Positions 12,521-25,840 are shown, numbered from the stretch's first letter. The stretch: DNA of 64,000 nucleotides from Camelus dromedarius (GCF_036321535.1 NC_087437.1:61816001-61880000); one strand, 5' to 3'. Numbers and translations: made by a program. The notes: generated by a model not told the origin, from the sequence alone.

Positions 12521-12911
12521 CAGGCATCACCCTGTGCACCGGCATTTTCACCCAGACGATACCTAAAAGCTAGTGATACCACATAATGTTCTTAGGACTC
12601 TATGTTTACATACCTTGACAGGTCTTATTTGATTGGGATACTTCTGGAAAATTCCATTTCATCTGGGAGACAAAGCCGGCATTCTCCCATAGAAATATGT
12701 TGGATGTATTCAGGTGTGTCCTAGTTGATATGTCTTCAGAGCTGTCCAGGGGAAAGGTGCTCTCACCAAAGACAAACATTCATTTTACTTGGCAGGTAAA
12801 CTCTATTCTTCTAATAACAATGGCTAACAGTTGCTAAGTACTTGCCACGTCATATGTCAGACTTTACATATATCATTTCATTTTATGCTGACAACCACTC
12901 AAAAGGAAGAC

Positions 12912-13301
12912 TGTCTTACCTTTGGCTGCCAGGCTGCCATAACAAAATACCACAGACTGGATGGCTTAAAGAACAAACATTTATTTTCTTACAGTTCTGA
13001 AGGCTAGAAGTCCAAGATCAGACTCACTAGTTTCTGGTGAGAACTCTCTTCCTGGCTTGTAGATGGCTTCCTTCTCCCTGTGTCCTCACATGGTGGAGGC
13101 TGGGGGAAGAGGAAGGTTGAGAGAGAGAGAATGCAAAAGCACTCTAGTGTCTCTTCTTACAAGGGTACTAATCGCATCATGGGGGCCCCAGACTTATGAC
13201 CTCATCTAAACCTAATTATCTCTAAGGACCCATCTCTAAATATCATCACATAGCTTGGGGGATTAGATGAATTTTCAGGAGACACAATTCAATCCATATC
13301 A
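12912..13301 (-). mobile_element. MaLR LTR (MLT1-type)
   Basis: GCTGCCATAACAAAATACCACAGACTGG...CACAATTCAATCCATA. Confidence 0.8.
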
Positions 13302-14559
13302 GAGATGTTATTACTCCCATTTTCAGGCCAGGAAACAAATACAAGTAGTTTAGGTAACTTGCCCAAGTCACATGCATGCAATCAGTATCCAGTTATTGTT
13401 GATCTGACACATAAGCCCATGTTCTCAAGCACTATGCTATGCAGCTTCTTACCATGTGGAAGGATGCACCAAATCATCATCCAGCTGGAACGCTGAGGAA
13501 TGCACCTTAAACTCTTCACAGAGATAAACATATCCTTCTTTGAAGGCATTCCAAAAAAGTGCATTTCTTTATCTTCCTTTCTCAAATCATATGCCCTTTT
13601 TTCTCCTTAGACATTGAATGAAACAGACTCAGACCCTATTGTACAACCACAAAAAGGTTTTACTTAAAAAATGATAAAACATCTATCAATCCTGGTTCTG
13701 ATTCCATGAGCCTCATGTAACCTTCTGGTAATAAATTAGCTCATCTTGTTTAGTGTCTTGCATAGAAAATGCTGACACCCAATTTGAGTACTCTGGACTG
13801 AATTTTTCATTATTAAATAACACTTATCTTTCCAGTTGCTACGCATCAGTCTGTCGTGCATTTGGTTAGCATGGGCTAGTCCCCAAGTCTCATCATCACT
13901 GGGAGTAATGACAAAATAGTTTCAGGGTCTCTAAAGCTGAGGCCTTTTCCAGACTCCATGTTTTCCCTTGTCCTTAGGTTGGCATGTCCCTTCTTCACAC
14001 CTGCCATTGCTCCAGTGAAGGCACCCACTCACAAGGCTTCCTTTCCTGGACTGGAGTCTGGATGATCATGATGAGGGTGGCTTACTTCTACAGCTGGCTG
14101 AGCTCATTGGTTATTTAGAGACATTTATCCCAGGCACTATTGGATTATACAAGGATAACTCTAAATCCTATAGTGATTACAATAGCCTTCATACCATTTT
14201 TTTTCTTGGTATGGACCCTTACCTCGCACCATAAAGAGGAGTTTGGAATTTATTCCAAACATAATGAAAGGTCTTTGGAGGGTTCTAAGTTTCAAAGTGG
14301 CATGATCAGAGTTGTGGAAGTGGAAAGGCCTGTAAGAAAAGTGCTTTACTATTGCAAATCCAGCCTATTTGCAGCACTGAAGCCACTCCCAACCCCACAC
14401 AATTGAGATCAATTTACTTCTCTCCATTCCCACTGCCATCACCCTAGCCTAAGCCATTATCACTTCTCACCCCACTTCCTAAAATAGCCTCCTGACTAGT
14501 ATCCCTGCTTCCTCTTTTTCTCCCACAAAAATCAATTCTCTATGTGGCAGTGAGAGACT

Positions 14560-15615
14560 TTTGTTTTTTTTTGAAGAACTTTTATTTTGATATAATTCAC
14601 CTTCAATGAATTCCCTCATTTAAGGTGTACAGTTAAGTGGGTTTTAGTATATTCACAAGATTGTGCAACCATCACCACTATCTAATTTTAAAACATTTCA
14701 TTACCCCTCAAGGCACCCCATACCCATTAGCAGTCACTCCTCATTCCTCCTTCCTCTCAGCATCTGGCAACCACTAATCAACTGTCTGTCTCTATAAATT
14801 TCCCTATTCTGGACAGTCCGTAGAAATGGAGTCACACAACATGTGGCTTTTGCTGTCTTGCTTCTTCCACTTAGCGTAATGCTTTCAAAGTCTTTTTGTT
14901 ATAGGATATATCAGCACTTCATTCCTTTTATGGTCAAATAATATTCTATTCTATGAATATATCACATTTTACATTTCTACCAGCAGTGTATGTGGGTTCC
15001 AACCTCTCCACATCCCTCATCAACAATGTTGGTTGCCTATCTTTTTGATTATAGCCATCCTAGTGGGTGTGAAGTGCTATCTCCTTGTGGTTTTGACCTG
15101 TGTTTCCTTGATTAGTAATGATGTTGATCTCTTAATGTATTTATTAACCTATGGTGTATCCTCTTTGGAGAAATGTCTATTCAGTTCCTTTGTCCATTTT
15201 AAAATTTGGTTTTCTTTTTATTAATGAGCTGTAAGAGCACTCTACATATTCTGAATATATGTCCCTTATCAGATATATGGTTTGCAAACATTTTCCTCCT
15301 ATTTCATAGGTTGTCTTTTCACTTCCTTGATGATACTGTTTTCAGCACAGATGTTTTTAATTTTTGAGAAACCCAATCAATTTTTCCTTTGGTCACTTAT
15401 GCTTTGATGTTATAGCTAAGAAGGCTTTGCTTAATCCCAAATCATGGAGATTTACTCTTTTTTTTTTTTTTTTGAGAATTTTATACTTTTAGCTCTTACA
15501 TTTATGTCTTTGATACATTTTGAGTTAATTTTTGTACTTGGTGTGAGGTAAGGGTCCAATCTCATTCTTTTGTATGTGGATATCCAGGGTCCTAGAACCA
15601 TTTCTTGGAAAGACT
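14560..15615 (-). mobile_element. L1 3' fragment inserted in an L2 relic
   Basis: L1 3' UTR and ORF2-end motifs; T-rich tail at left; L2-like sequence resumes after 15620. Confidence 0.85.
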
Positions 15616-15630
15616 AGAGAGATCTTTTAA

Positions 15631-16171
<541 letters not shown>

Positions 16172-16989
16172 AAAAACATAGATCAGATCACAACCCTCAT
16201 CTATTAAAATTTTCAATGGCTTTCCATTGCACTTACAATAAAATCCAAATTTCTCTGCCTATGTCTTCATTGTCACCTCACAGCACTCTCTTGTTCGCTA
16301 AGCTCCAGGCTCCCAGGTCTCTCATTTCCCCAAAAGTAAATAGTTTGCTTTTCCCTTAACTTCATCTTTCTTCAGTCTCTCACTTTAAATGCCATCTCCT
16401 CAAAGATGACTTTCCACAACTGTTCTTTCTAAAGTAGGTCTCCATCTAATCCTACTTATTTTCTATATCATCCCCTTTTATTTTCTTCATAGTCTTATCT
16501 GTATATCTGTATTTATTTTACTATTTTGTTTACATTTTTACATTGAGTAATACTACTTTGCACCGCCATACTATTTTGCATACGGTATACATTCAATTCA
16601 CAACTCATGTTGCTGGAAACTAGAATTTACAATTAGAAGGGACTTCAAAAATCACCTAAACACTCTTATTTTACAGATGCAAAAACTCAGGTCTAAAGAG
16701 GGTGAAAGAGTTGTCAGGAGTCAGAAGGAGTACCTGGGTTTGTTTCTGAGAGCTCTAATTTCCATGACAGTTTCTTTCTCATGTATAATACTGGTGTGCC
16801 TTATTCCAGTGTCTTGTTTTTTTTTGTTTGTTTGTTTTTGTTTTTTTTGCAAAATTACTAAAATAAAGAGGTGGGTTGTGTGTGTGGGGTGGGGGGATTG
16901 TTTTTGTAACTTCTTATAGAAATGACAACTTTCTAAGCTTTCTTCCTAAAATGTCTGTAAAGGGCCCTCAAGTGGAAGAACAGGAAGGA

Positions 16990-17680
16990 CCCGGTTAGGA
17001 AGGCGGGAAGTCACCCTCCGCTAGGGCACTAACTCCTTTGTTTCTCCTTCCTCGGCTGTCCCACCTCCTCCGCCCGCCGGCGCCCTCCCACTCTCTTTCT
17101 CCGGAGTCAGCCGCCCCAGCATGGCTCTCCCAGAGGCTCCGCCCCCTTGAGGGCCGTATGCCCTGCTCCAAGATGGCGCCGGAGACTTCTGCTCTGGGGA
17201 AGTGAGCTCACCTACTCCGGAAGGGAAGGCGGGGAGAGAGCAGGCGGGTGGGTGACCCGCTGTGGGGCTGTGGGTGGGGTGGCGGTCGCCGCTGTGGCTT
17301 TCCCGTTTGGGCTGGAGAGAGGGCGAGGGACTCATCCGCCCCTGCGAATCCCGTCCAGGGCCCAAGGCGGAAGTTGCCCCGAGCGGCTCGCCTCTGGCCG
17401 GAGGAGAGGCGGCCCTGGGAGCCGGCGTCCCGCCCCCGGCGGCCTCCTTCCCCGGCCCTCCTCCCAGGCTGCGCGCGGGCGGTTCCAGCTCTGTCTCGGG
17501 GGCTGCGGCGGGAACCGCCGAGCGGGCTGTACGGGACCCTCCCCCTGAGGACCGGCTGGAGGAGAAGAGGGAGCGCGGCGGGTCAGTCCGTCAGCCCAGA
17601 GGTCAGGCCGCAGGTCCCTGTCCGTGGTCCGTCCTTCGGCCAGCCCTCTTGGCTAGAGTCCGCGACCTCCCCACGCTGCT
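16990..17680 (+). promoter_or_regulatory. OSBPL11: CpG-island promoter / 5' UTR of OSBPL11
   Basis: Abrupt GC- and CpG-rich block; GC boxes (CCGCCC); YY1-type CAAGATGGCG at 17169; ETS-type GCGGAAGT at 17367; no obvious TATA box. Confidence 0.9.
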
Positions 17681-17991
17681 TCTGCTTCTCCTTTGAGCAT
17701 GCCATCAGATCCTCTGGCAGGGTGATTTTTTCCTCCTTGCTTTTGCACGGAAGGAGATATATATTCAAAGGATCTTTGTCCTCAAAGCTACCCCTCTCCT
17801 CTTAAAAGTTTTCCTTCAGGGGAATGCTTGTATTCCTTCCCTGGACCATTTGATGGTTCCTACTCCGGCCGCCGTCTGATTTGGCACCTGGGATCACCTT
17901 CAGATCAAATCTTAAATCTTATCACTTACAAAACTACTCTACCGAGTTATTCACTCCTGCCCCAGAAGGGCAAATGGACTTTGGAGTTAAG

Positions 17992-18170
17992 ATGCAGGGA
18001 GGTGAACCAGTGTCAGCAATGAAAGTCTCAGAGAGCGAAGGAAGGCTGGAGGGCCTGGCCACCGCGGTGACCCCGAACAAGAACAGCAGCAACAGCAGCT
18101 GTGGGGGTGGAATCAGCAGCAGCAGCAGCAGCAGCAGCCGAGGTGGCAGTGCCAAAGGCTGGCAGTACAG
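17992..18170 (+). CDS. OSBPL11: OSBPL11 coding exon 1 (MQGGEPVSAMKVSESEG...GWQY)
   Basis: Translation matches the recalled OSBPL11/ORP11 N-terminus; ATG at 17992; donor AG|gtatgg at 18171; 179 nt, ends in phase 2. Confidence 0.96.
18115..18138 (+). repeat. OSBPL11: Coding (AGC)8 repeat, poly-Ser
   Basis: Eight perfect AGC codons in exon 1. Confidence 0.95.
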
Positions 18171-18905
18171 GTATGGCCCTTCTCCAAGGTGATTTCCTGA
18201 GGTCGGCGGTAGTGTGCTGGAGTCCGCATTCCAGCAGCTGTTGAAGGGCGAAGTTTATCCACTTTCAGGAGTAGCTAATACGTCTCATTTGGACCTGGGG
18301 GTCTCATCTTTTCATTAGCGACATTTAATTCATTCGTCTATTCAACAGGTATTTATTGAAAGCCCTTTGGAGAACACATAAGTGTATCCCTGAAGTACCT
18401 CTACAGCTGTAGAGTTCATTTTTCCTCTGGTTTGATCCTGTACTCACTTCTGTTTTTCTTGTATTGTAATTTGTTTACAAGCCCGCCTCCCTTGCTTGCT
18501 TGTGAGGGCAGGAACTGTTTAACTCAGCTCTCTCCAGAAGATAGCAAATGCTAGGTGCTCAAAACATGTTTGTCCAGTGGTGAATGGAGCCATTCAATCA
18601 GAAAGATTCTTGCCCTCATGGTGTTTGTGATTTAGAAGGGGAAATGTACATAAATAATTTCAATACAGAGGCAAAAGTACAAAGACTAGTGCCTCGGTTA
18701 CTCTAAACTAGTGAGATGTTTCAGTTTAAGTTGATCAGACCACTTATACCTCTCTCTGTCTTTGAGAAATTCTACATTTATTAATTTTCATTGATTTGAA
18801 TGAAAAACTGAAAAAACAGGCAGTGAGTACTGGAGAAGCAGTGGTAGTTTAATTTTTTTTTGGTTTTGATATGTAAAGGATAGGAATATGACCATCCAGA
18901 ATCTT

Positions 18906-19601
18906 TTTTTTTGAAACAAATATATTTAACATATTAGATGTTAGATTCGGGTGTACAACAAAATGATTTGATATTTGTATGTATTGTGAAATGATCACCA
19001 CAGTAAATCTGGCTAACATCCATCACCCACACATACTGTTTTTTTTTTTTTTTAATAAGAACTTTTAAGATCTACTCTCTTAACAACTTTCAGATATATA
19101 ATACAGTATTATCAACTATAGCCATGATACTGTACATTACATTTACAGGACTTATTTATTTTATAATTGGAAGTTTGTATCTTTTGATCACCTTTACCCA
19201 TTTCATCCACTGCTGCCTCTGACTACCCTCAGTCTTTTCTCTGTATCAGTGGGTTTTGTTTGGTTTGTTTTGTTTTTTAGATTCCACATATAAATGAGAT
19301 TGTACAGTATTTGTTTTTTCTCTGGTGTATTTCACTTAGCATAATGCCCTGAAGGTCCATCCATGTTGTTGCAAATGGTAAGGTTTCCTTCTTTTTTATG
19401 GCTGAATAATATTCCATTATGTATATATACCACATTTTCTTTATCCATTCATCTTTGTCCATTTGATGGACACCTAGGTTGTTTTCATGTCTTGGCTATT
19501 GTAAATACTACTACAGTGAATGGGAGGGTGTAGATATCTTTTCGACTTAAGGTTTTTCTTTCCTTTGGATAAGTTCCCAGAAGTAGAATTGCTGGATTAT
19601 T
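18906..19601 (-). mobile_element. 5'-truncated L1
   Basis: ORF2 C-terminal remnant (DEWIKKMWYIY) in ORF track; TSD CAGAATCTT at 18897 and 19602. Confidence 0.9.
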
Positions 19602-20758
19602 CAGAATCTTAAGAATGGATGAAATAGTGATACCCCATAGTATTGGAACTAAAGGAATGACTTTTTAAATTTTGGTTAACTGACTGCCTGTGTGCTTAAC
19701 TCTGGTCCTTTTTAGCCTTTGTGCTGTTTGCAGTTGTGAAATTTGAAAGGGGTTAAAGTCAAGATTTGATGAAGAATGTACATTTATCATGAATATTATC
19801 TATATGTGTGAAACATGCATGACTATATTAACATACAGAAACAGCGTAGATTGTAACTTTTTATTGGTAAATGATGATAAGACAGGAAAGTATACTGAGT
19901 TACTGTGAGATGTCTAGGCTCACTTTTAGAGTGCATTATTCCTTTTGTTTGTGGTTTAAGGCTAAGCCTATAAAATTGTCAGTGACTTGGCAGGGATATT
20001 TTGATATGACTTAAGGAAGCAGGATAAAGTAATACTTATGTAGCCAGAAGTCAATCTTCTGACATTCTCAACTCTTTGAAACCCAGTCTCAGTTGAATTG
20101 AAAAGTGAAACAGGTTTCTTAATACTGGGGAGAGTTGTCATAAAGCCATACACTTTTCTTCTGTACTTTGACTCAGGATCCTGTTATCCCTCATTTAGGG
20201 TGTTCTTTAATAGTTATATAATTGTCAAACTAGAATCTTTTGGAAGCACAAATGAAAAAAGTTATCAGGGGAATTGCAACAGGAAATGCAACTGGCAATG
20301 TAGGACAAAGATTTGAAAAATTAACATGCAGACTCAGCTATATTACTTCCTAGTACAGTAATCATAGTTACAATAACCTAAGTCATCCAAGAAAGCACAC
20401 TCTGTTTAAAAAGTCAGAGAACTCTATGATACAGTGGTGAGTAATTTCAAGGAAAATAGCTAAAATTTTTAAGAAATGCTGAAGTATCTGGAAAATTCAG
20501 TTGTGTGAAACTCTTCCCCAAGGATGCAGATATATAACACATTTACATACTGACATGTTTTTATCTGAGGCTTATTCAAGGCTAATCCTTCAACCTAACT
20601 CTCAATCAGATTTATCCCTTTGTCCTCTAGGACACTGATCAAACAATTTTCTCCATTGTCCTATATAGCTCCCTCTTCCCTGGCTTCTTCCCCTGAGGCC
20701 TAAAGTTTCTAGACTTTAAAAACAGCAACAATAGTAAAAACTAACCTAAATTCTTTAT

Positions 20759-20857
20759 TTTATTATTATTTTTTTAACGGAGGTACCAGGGATTGAACCC
20801 AGGACCTTATGCATGCTAACTAAGCATGTGCCCTACCACTGAGCTATATCCACCCCG
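20759..20857 (-). mobile_element. tRNA-derived SINE (camelid-type)
   Basis: GGGATTGAACCCAGGACC...CACTGAGCTATA; TSD CTAAATYCTTTAT at 20746-20758 and 20858-20870. Confidence 0.9.
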
Positions 20858-21362
20858 CTAAATCCTTTATACTCAACTGCCTCCATTTTCTTAACCCTCA
20901 TTTGTTGGTCAGCCCATGACAGTTAGCTCTGTCCTTACCAAGGATATGAGTGAAAAAATGATGAATGTTTTTAGATTCTTATTCCAGTTGATATCTCTAA
21001 TAAGTGTACCTTATTATTTTCTTGACTTTTTTGATACTACTTTCTCTTGGTTTCTCCTTTATTGCTCTGACTTTTCCTTTCTCATTTCTTTGATTGGCTT
21101 TTTTCCTTTAGAGGCTGGTATGTACTCCATCATCTTCTCTTCTTAAGCTCGTGTTTTCTGTTTGTTGTCTCATTCTCTTCCATGGCCTCATCACTTCTTT
21201 CTGGAACTTGAGAGCCATATATCCAACTGCTTACCTATAATTTGCTACTATTCCATTTAAAAAATGGAGATTTCAGGTTATATCTTAGAGAGTGGTTGAA
21301 ATTTAGAAAGGACCATGTGGTTCAGACCCTAAGCTTTGGCTTTGCAGACTTAGAAAATTAAA

Positions 21363-22250
21363 TAGCATAATGCTTTCAAGGTTCATAAATGTTGTAGCAT
21401 ATATCATTATTTTATTCCTTTTTGTGGCTGAATAATATTCCACTTATAAATATACCACATTTTGTTTATCCATTCATCAGTTGATCAACATTTGGGTTGT
21501 TTGGATTTTGTGGCTATTATGAAATAATGCTGCTTTGAACATTTGTGTTCAAGTTTTGTATGGACATATGTTTTTATTTTTCTTATGTCCATACTTAGGA
21601 GTGAAATTGTTGGGTCATATGGTAACTCTGTTTAACTTTTTAAGGAACTGTCAGACTAGTTTTCCAAAGCTGCTGCACCATTTTACCTTCTTAGCAGCAG
21701 TGTATTAGGGTTTTAATCTCTTCACATCCTTATGAACACTTGTTATTGTCTGTCTTTTTAATTTTAGCTATCCTGATGGTTATGAAATGGTTTCCCATTG
21801 TGGTTTTGAATTGCATTTCCCTGATGACTAATAATGTTGAACCTCTTTTCATGTACTTACTGATTATTTGTGTATCTTCTTTGGAAAGACGTTTGTTCAG
21901 ATCCTTTGGCCATTTTTAAATCAAGTTATTTATCTTTTTTATTATGGAGTTGTAAGAGTTCTTTATGTATTCTGGATACATTTCCCTTATCAGATACATG
22001 ATTTACAGATATTCTCTCCCATTCTGTGGGGTGTTTTTTCATTTTCTTGATGATACTGTTTGCAGCACAAAAGCTTTTAATTTTCATGAAGCCCAATCTG
22101 TTTTTTCTTCTTTTGCTTATACTTGGTGTCACATCTAAGAAATCATTGCCAAGTCCAAGGTCACAAAGATTTGTGTGTAAATGTTTTTGTCTAAGAGTTT
22201 TATATTTTAGCATTTACATATAAGTCTTTGGTCCATTTTGAGTTCATTAC
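21363..22250 (-). mobile_element. L1 ORF2 3' fragment
   Basis: ORF track 21926..22213 gives ORF2-like peptide (DLGLGNDFLD...PTEWE). Confidence 0.85.
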
Positions 22251-25200
22251 TCTTTATGGTTAATTGTATTTTTTCATATGTGAAATATCTGCTTATATGT
22301 TTTCATTTTTCTATTAATATTTTCTCTTAATATTTTTATTAATATACTTGAATTCTTTTTAAATATCCCATAATAATTACTATTTTAATATTATTTCTTG
22401 GTAATATTACTATTTGGCAGCTTGTTTTATCAGAGTGAGGAAGTGAGAAGACAGTGCTAGCAGGAAGGAAGTCACAGTCTTTCGTAACCTAGGCATGGAA
22501 GTGAAGTCACATCACTTTCAGTATTTTCACTAAGCAAATGATAAGGTTAGGCCCACACAACACTGTGAATACCAGCAGGTGAGGATCACTGGGAGCTGTT
22601 CAAGAAGGTGCCTATCATAGATATTAATATAGATGGACTCAAGATTGTCATCTACTATTGAGATAGATTTGACGAGCAGACAATTGGAAATTTGTCTCTG
22701 AAGCTGAGAGTTGGGGGCTGAATTTGATTATTGGGGAATAAGAGGAGCTATTTGGAGATAAGTTGCCATGACCAAGACATACAATAATAAAAGGAAGGTG
22801 TTTGTAGGCTGGAAGAGAAGGAAATCATTAGAGGAAGATTGACAGACCTTGCTGGGTGATTGAGTGGAGGGTAATAGTGAGGGAAGAAAGGAAAAATTTA
22901 CTTCAGTTATCCAGGTATGAAACTTTAAAAAGTCTACAGGAGAAACAGATTTTGAGAGTCAAATGATGCATTTGGTTTTAGGTATGTTGGCCGTAAGTTG
23001 CCAGGTTGTTTAAGTGGCTTTTCCAGCTGGGCCTTAGAAATATGGGGCATTAGAAATGTAGATAATTGCCTTTATAAGTGTCCAGAATGTTTTCACTTCT
23101 GTTACAACATTTAACCCTCACGACAGCTCTTGGAGGAAGGTAGGGCGTTATCTTCATTTTACAGTGAGGAAAACAGTTTTACAGTTGAAGTCAAAATGAG
23201 TTGGTCAAGGTTATAAAGCTAGTAAGTGGAGGAACTTTTATTCCTAGGTAGTTATTTGCATAAAGATTTAGATGTGCTCTGTAAAGGGATGAATAATTAT
23301 TGATAAATAATTAGTTTTGGGAGAGTGGTTTCGTCATTTACTCGTGTTCTAACGCACGCAGCAAGTATTTTTGAGCCTTCACCGTGTGTGAAGGTCTCTG
23401 TTAGTTAATTCCAAATTAATGTGTACACTCAGAGCATTGAAAGTAGGGACCCCAAAGCTTATTTTGGGAGGATTATGAAAAAGAATCAGAAAAGGGAAAA
23501 ACCTCAGCTACATTTGCAAAAATGATAAACTTTTTTAAAACCAGAGCTGAGAAGTGAATTTATTAGATTAGCCTTAAATTTTCTTCTTTCTGGAGTAACT
23601 TATATAATGTGGTCTTTGCTCACCATTTAAAAGGAAAGTTGATTTCTTAATTCTAGACCCTTCCTTCCTTTTTCATAGTAAATGTTCAGAGTTTATAAAA
23701 TGTGCATGTTTCCATTATTTTTATTTTCTTCATGTCAGCTTTCAGAAAAATTGCAAATCTGCCACTTGTTTGTTAAAATGGACAGAAGTTCCCAGAGGAG
23801 GAACTGAAAAGTGAATTGGAGTATATGACGGGCCTGCTTTTTTTTTACTTTGGGCTCAGTTCTGGCTAAACACCATTAACAAACAGGCACATCTCATTTC
23901 CTTATTAACAAATAGTATGTGTTTCAGTAAATGGGTAGAAGTCTGCAAATGTATAGTATAGAAATAATTTTTGTGGTCAGACCTGGTATCTTCCACTCTA
24001 AATACTCTGTTACAAGGAAAAGTACCTATCTGCAAATGGGGAAAGAACATCTGCCTAAATATAACCTAATGTTTGCTGTTTTTGAGGTCTTACCACTTTT
24101 TTGCAGTCGATTTGAAGAAAAAGTCATAAATGTTTGCTTTTTTCTTCTATAGGGGTTAAAGGTAGGTTGAATGGCTATTTCTGCACCTTAGTTTTTGTTT
24201 TCCTTGTCTGAAATCTGCTATAGATGCCAGTAAAAACAAGGGAAAAACAACTTATAGGCATGAAACTGAAAACTAAAATGTTGTTTCAAAAATGTAGTGA
24301 GAACTATATACCAAGCCTTGAGGAACAAGATTTGGTTTATTATGGTATACTGTGATTTCTTAAATTTTTGCTTTGCTAGTTTAAATGTAGTCCATTTGCA
24401 TTCATATTTTCTTAGAAATTATACTATATCAAAACTATACGAACAATGTTAGAACACACAAATTAGTCTTTTTAGTCCTTTCCAAATAAGTCACATAATT
24501 TAGGTCCCGGAGTTAATTGTCCATTTAATAGACTTGTAGGAAATTATGTCTTTTGTTTTTGCTTTTGAAAATAGTGGAGGTAACAGGCTCCTTGGTGTTG
24601 TCATTAGAGTACTCTGGACTCTGGAAATAATGGAGAATATTCTTGTCGTAAATTATACTACTTTGAGAGAGGGAACATCTTCCCTAGCTAAGAATCTTCC
24701 CCTGTACTGATTTTGTTCAATAAAATGATTTGTGTCTAGACTTGTTCAGGTTTGACTTAAAGCTAAATTGCTTAATTAAATAGTCACATTAATGTTTTGG
24801 CATTACCGTCTGAGTTTTAGGACAATTTATAGAGCAATTTAGTTTGCTGGTGAAAGAAAGGATTTTCTTTTTGGTTAATTAGGTATTGTAACAAAGCATG
24901 ATTTCCCACTCAGTGTCTCCCTGTGCTTGAGTTTGGCTGCCTTTGCAGTTTACTTCCATTGCTATCCCTGAGGTTGGCTGGAAGGTCCCTAGAGAGGTAG
25001 GCTGAAGTCTGTGGTTGCTACTGGCTGCAGGTGGAAACTGCAGGAGGGGTGGGAGAGAAGGGAGGAAGAAAGGGACAAAATGAGAATGATAAATGGTGAG
25101 ATGAAATGCCACCAACTGTTGCTTCTGGAACAGGTTTCCTGTCCTTGAAAAGAAGCCTTTTTAATATGCTGCCTGAGCCTGTACCCTCAAATTCTATAAA

Positions 25201-25489
25201 GAATAACTTGTTTATCAATTTTGTAGCTGTTTCAAATATTTATAACTAATGTAAATGAAAAGTATTTTTAATTTAATTTTGGAGAATAATATGTTTACTT
25301 GATCCAAAATAATATTAAAAGTTGTACAATGAAAATCTTGCATCCCATCCTCCACCTGCTCAGGTCTCCTCCCATCTAAAAATGGAGGATAAACATTCTT
25401 GGCTTCTTGTCTGTGCTTCTAGAGATTTTTTTTTTCTTAAGAATTAAGTAAATACAATATGCATTGCCCCATTTTAAATTTTATGTATG

Positions 25490-25840
25490 TAGTATCAGTG
25501 CAGTCTGCTATAACAAAGTACTATACGCTGGATGGCTTACACAACAGAAATTTATTTTCTCACAGTTCTGGAGGCTGGAAGTTTCAGATCAGAGTGCCAG
25601 CATTGTCAGGTTCTGGTGAGGTCTCTTCAGGTTTGCAGATGGCCTTCTGTGTGCTCATGTGACAGAGCGCATGAGCTGGGAGAGGGAGCGAGCTCTCAGG
25701 TTTCTCTAAGGGCACTAATCCCATCACAAGAGTCCCAGTCTGTACCTGAGTATCTTCCAAAGGCCCCATCTCTGAATACTGTCACATTGGGAGGTTAGGA
25801 CTTCAACATATGAGTTTTGGAGAGACACAATTCAGTCCAC
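25490..25840 (-). mobile_element. MaLR LTR (MLT1-type)
   Basis: CACAGTTCTGGAGGCTGGAAG...CACAATTCAGTCCA. Confidence 0.8.

Larger units (their letters stand above)
7585..14175 (-). pseudogene. Candidate unitary pseudogene of a ZP-N-domain secreted protein, CIROZ/C1orf127-like paralog
   Basis: Exon-like remnants on - strand at 14175-14086, ~13960-13828, ~13560-13453, ~12804-12614, 12018-~11915, 10358-~10120, 9164-9027, 8897-8404 and 8137-7585. Several have strong splice sites with compatible phases, and peptides resemble recalled C1orf127 motifs in colinear order. Stops and frameshifts throughout. Confidence 0.6.

Noticed and set aside
12622..12795. Stop-free + strand frame with AG/GT ends (VLFDWDTSGKF...)
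   Set aside because: More likely the antisense shadow of the minus-strand exon, which has the stronger donor and the motif similarity; no partner + exons nearby
17021..17805. Several long overlapping ORFs
   Set aside because: Expected stop-codon scarcity in a GC-rich CpG island; no recognisable protein
17934..18155. Antisense poly-Leu ORF resembling a signal peptide
   Set aside because: Reverse complement of the OSBPL11 (AGC)n tract
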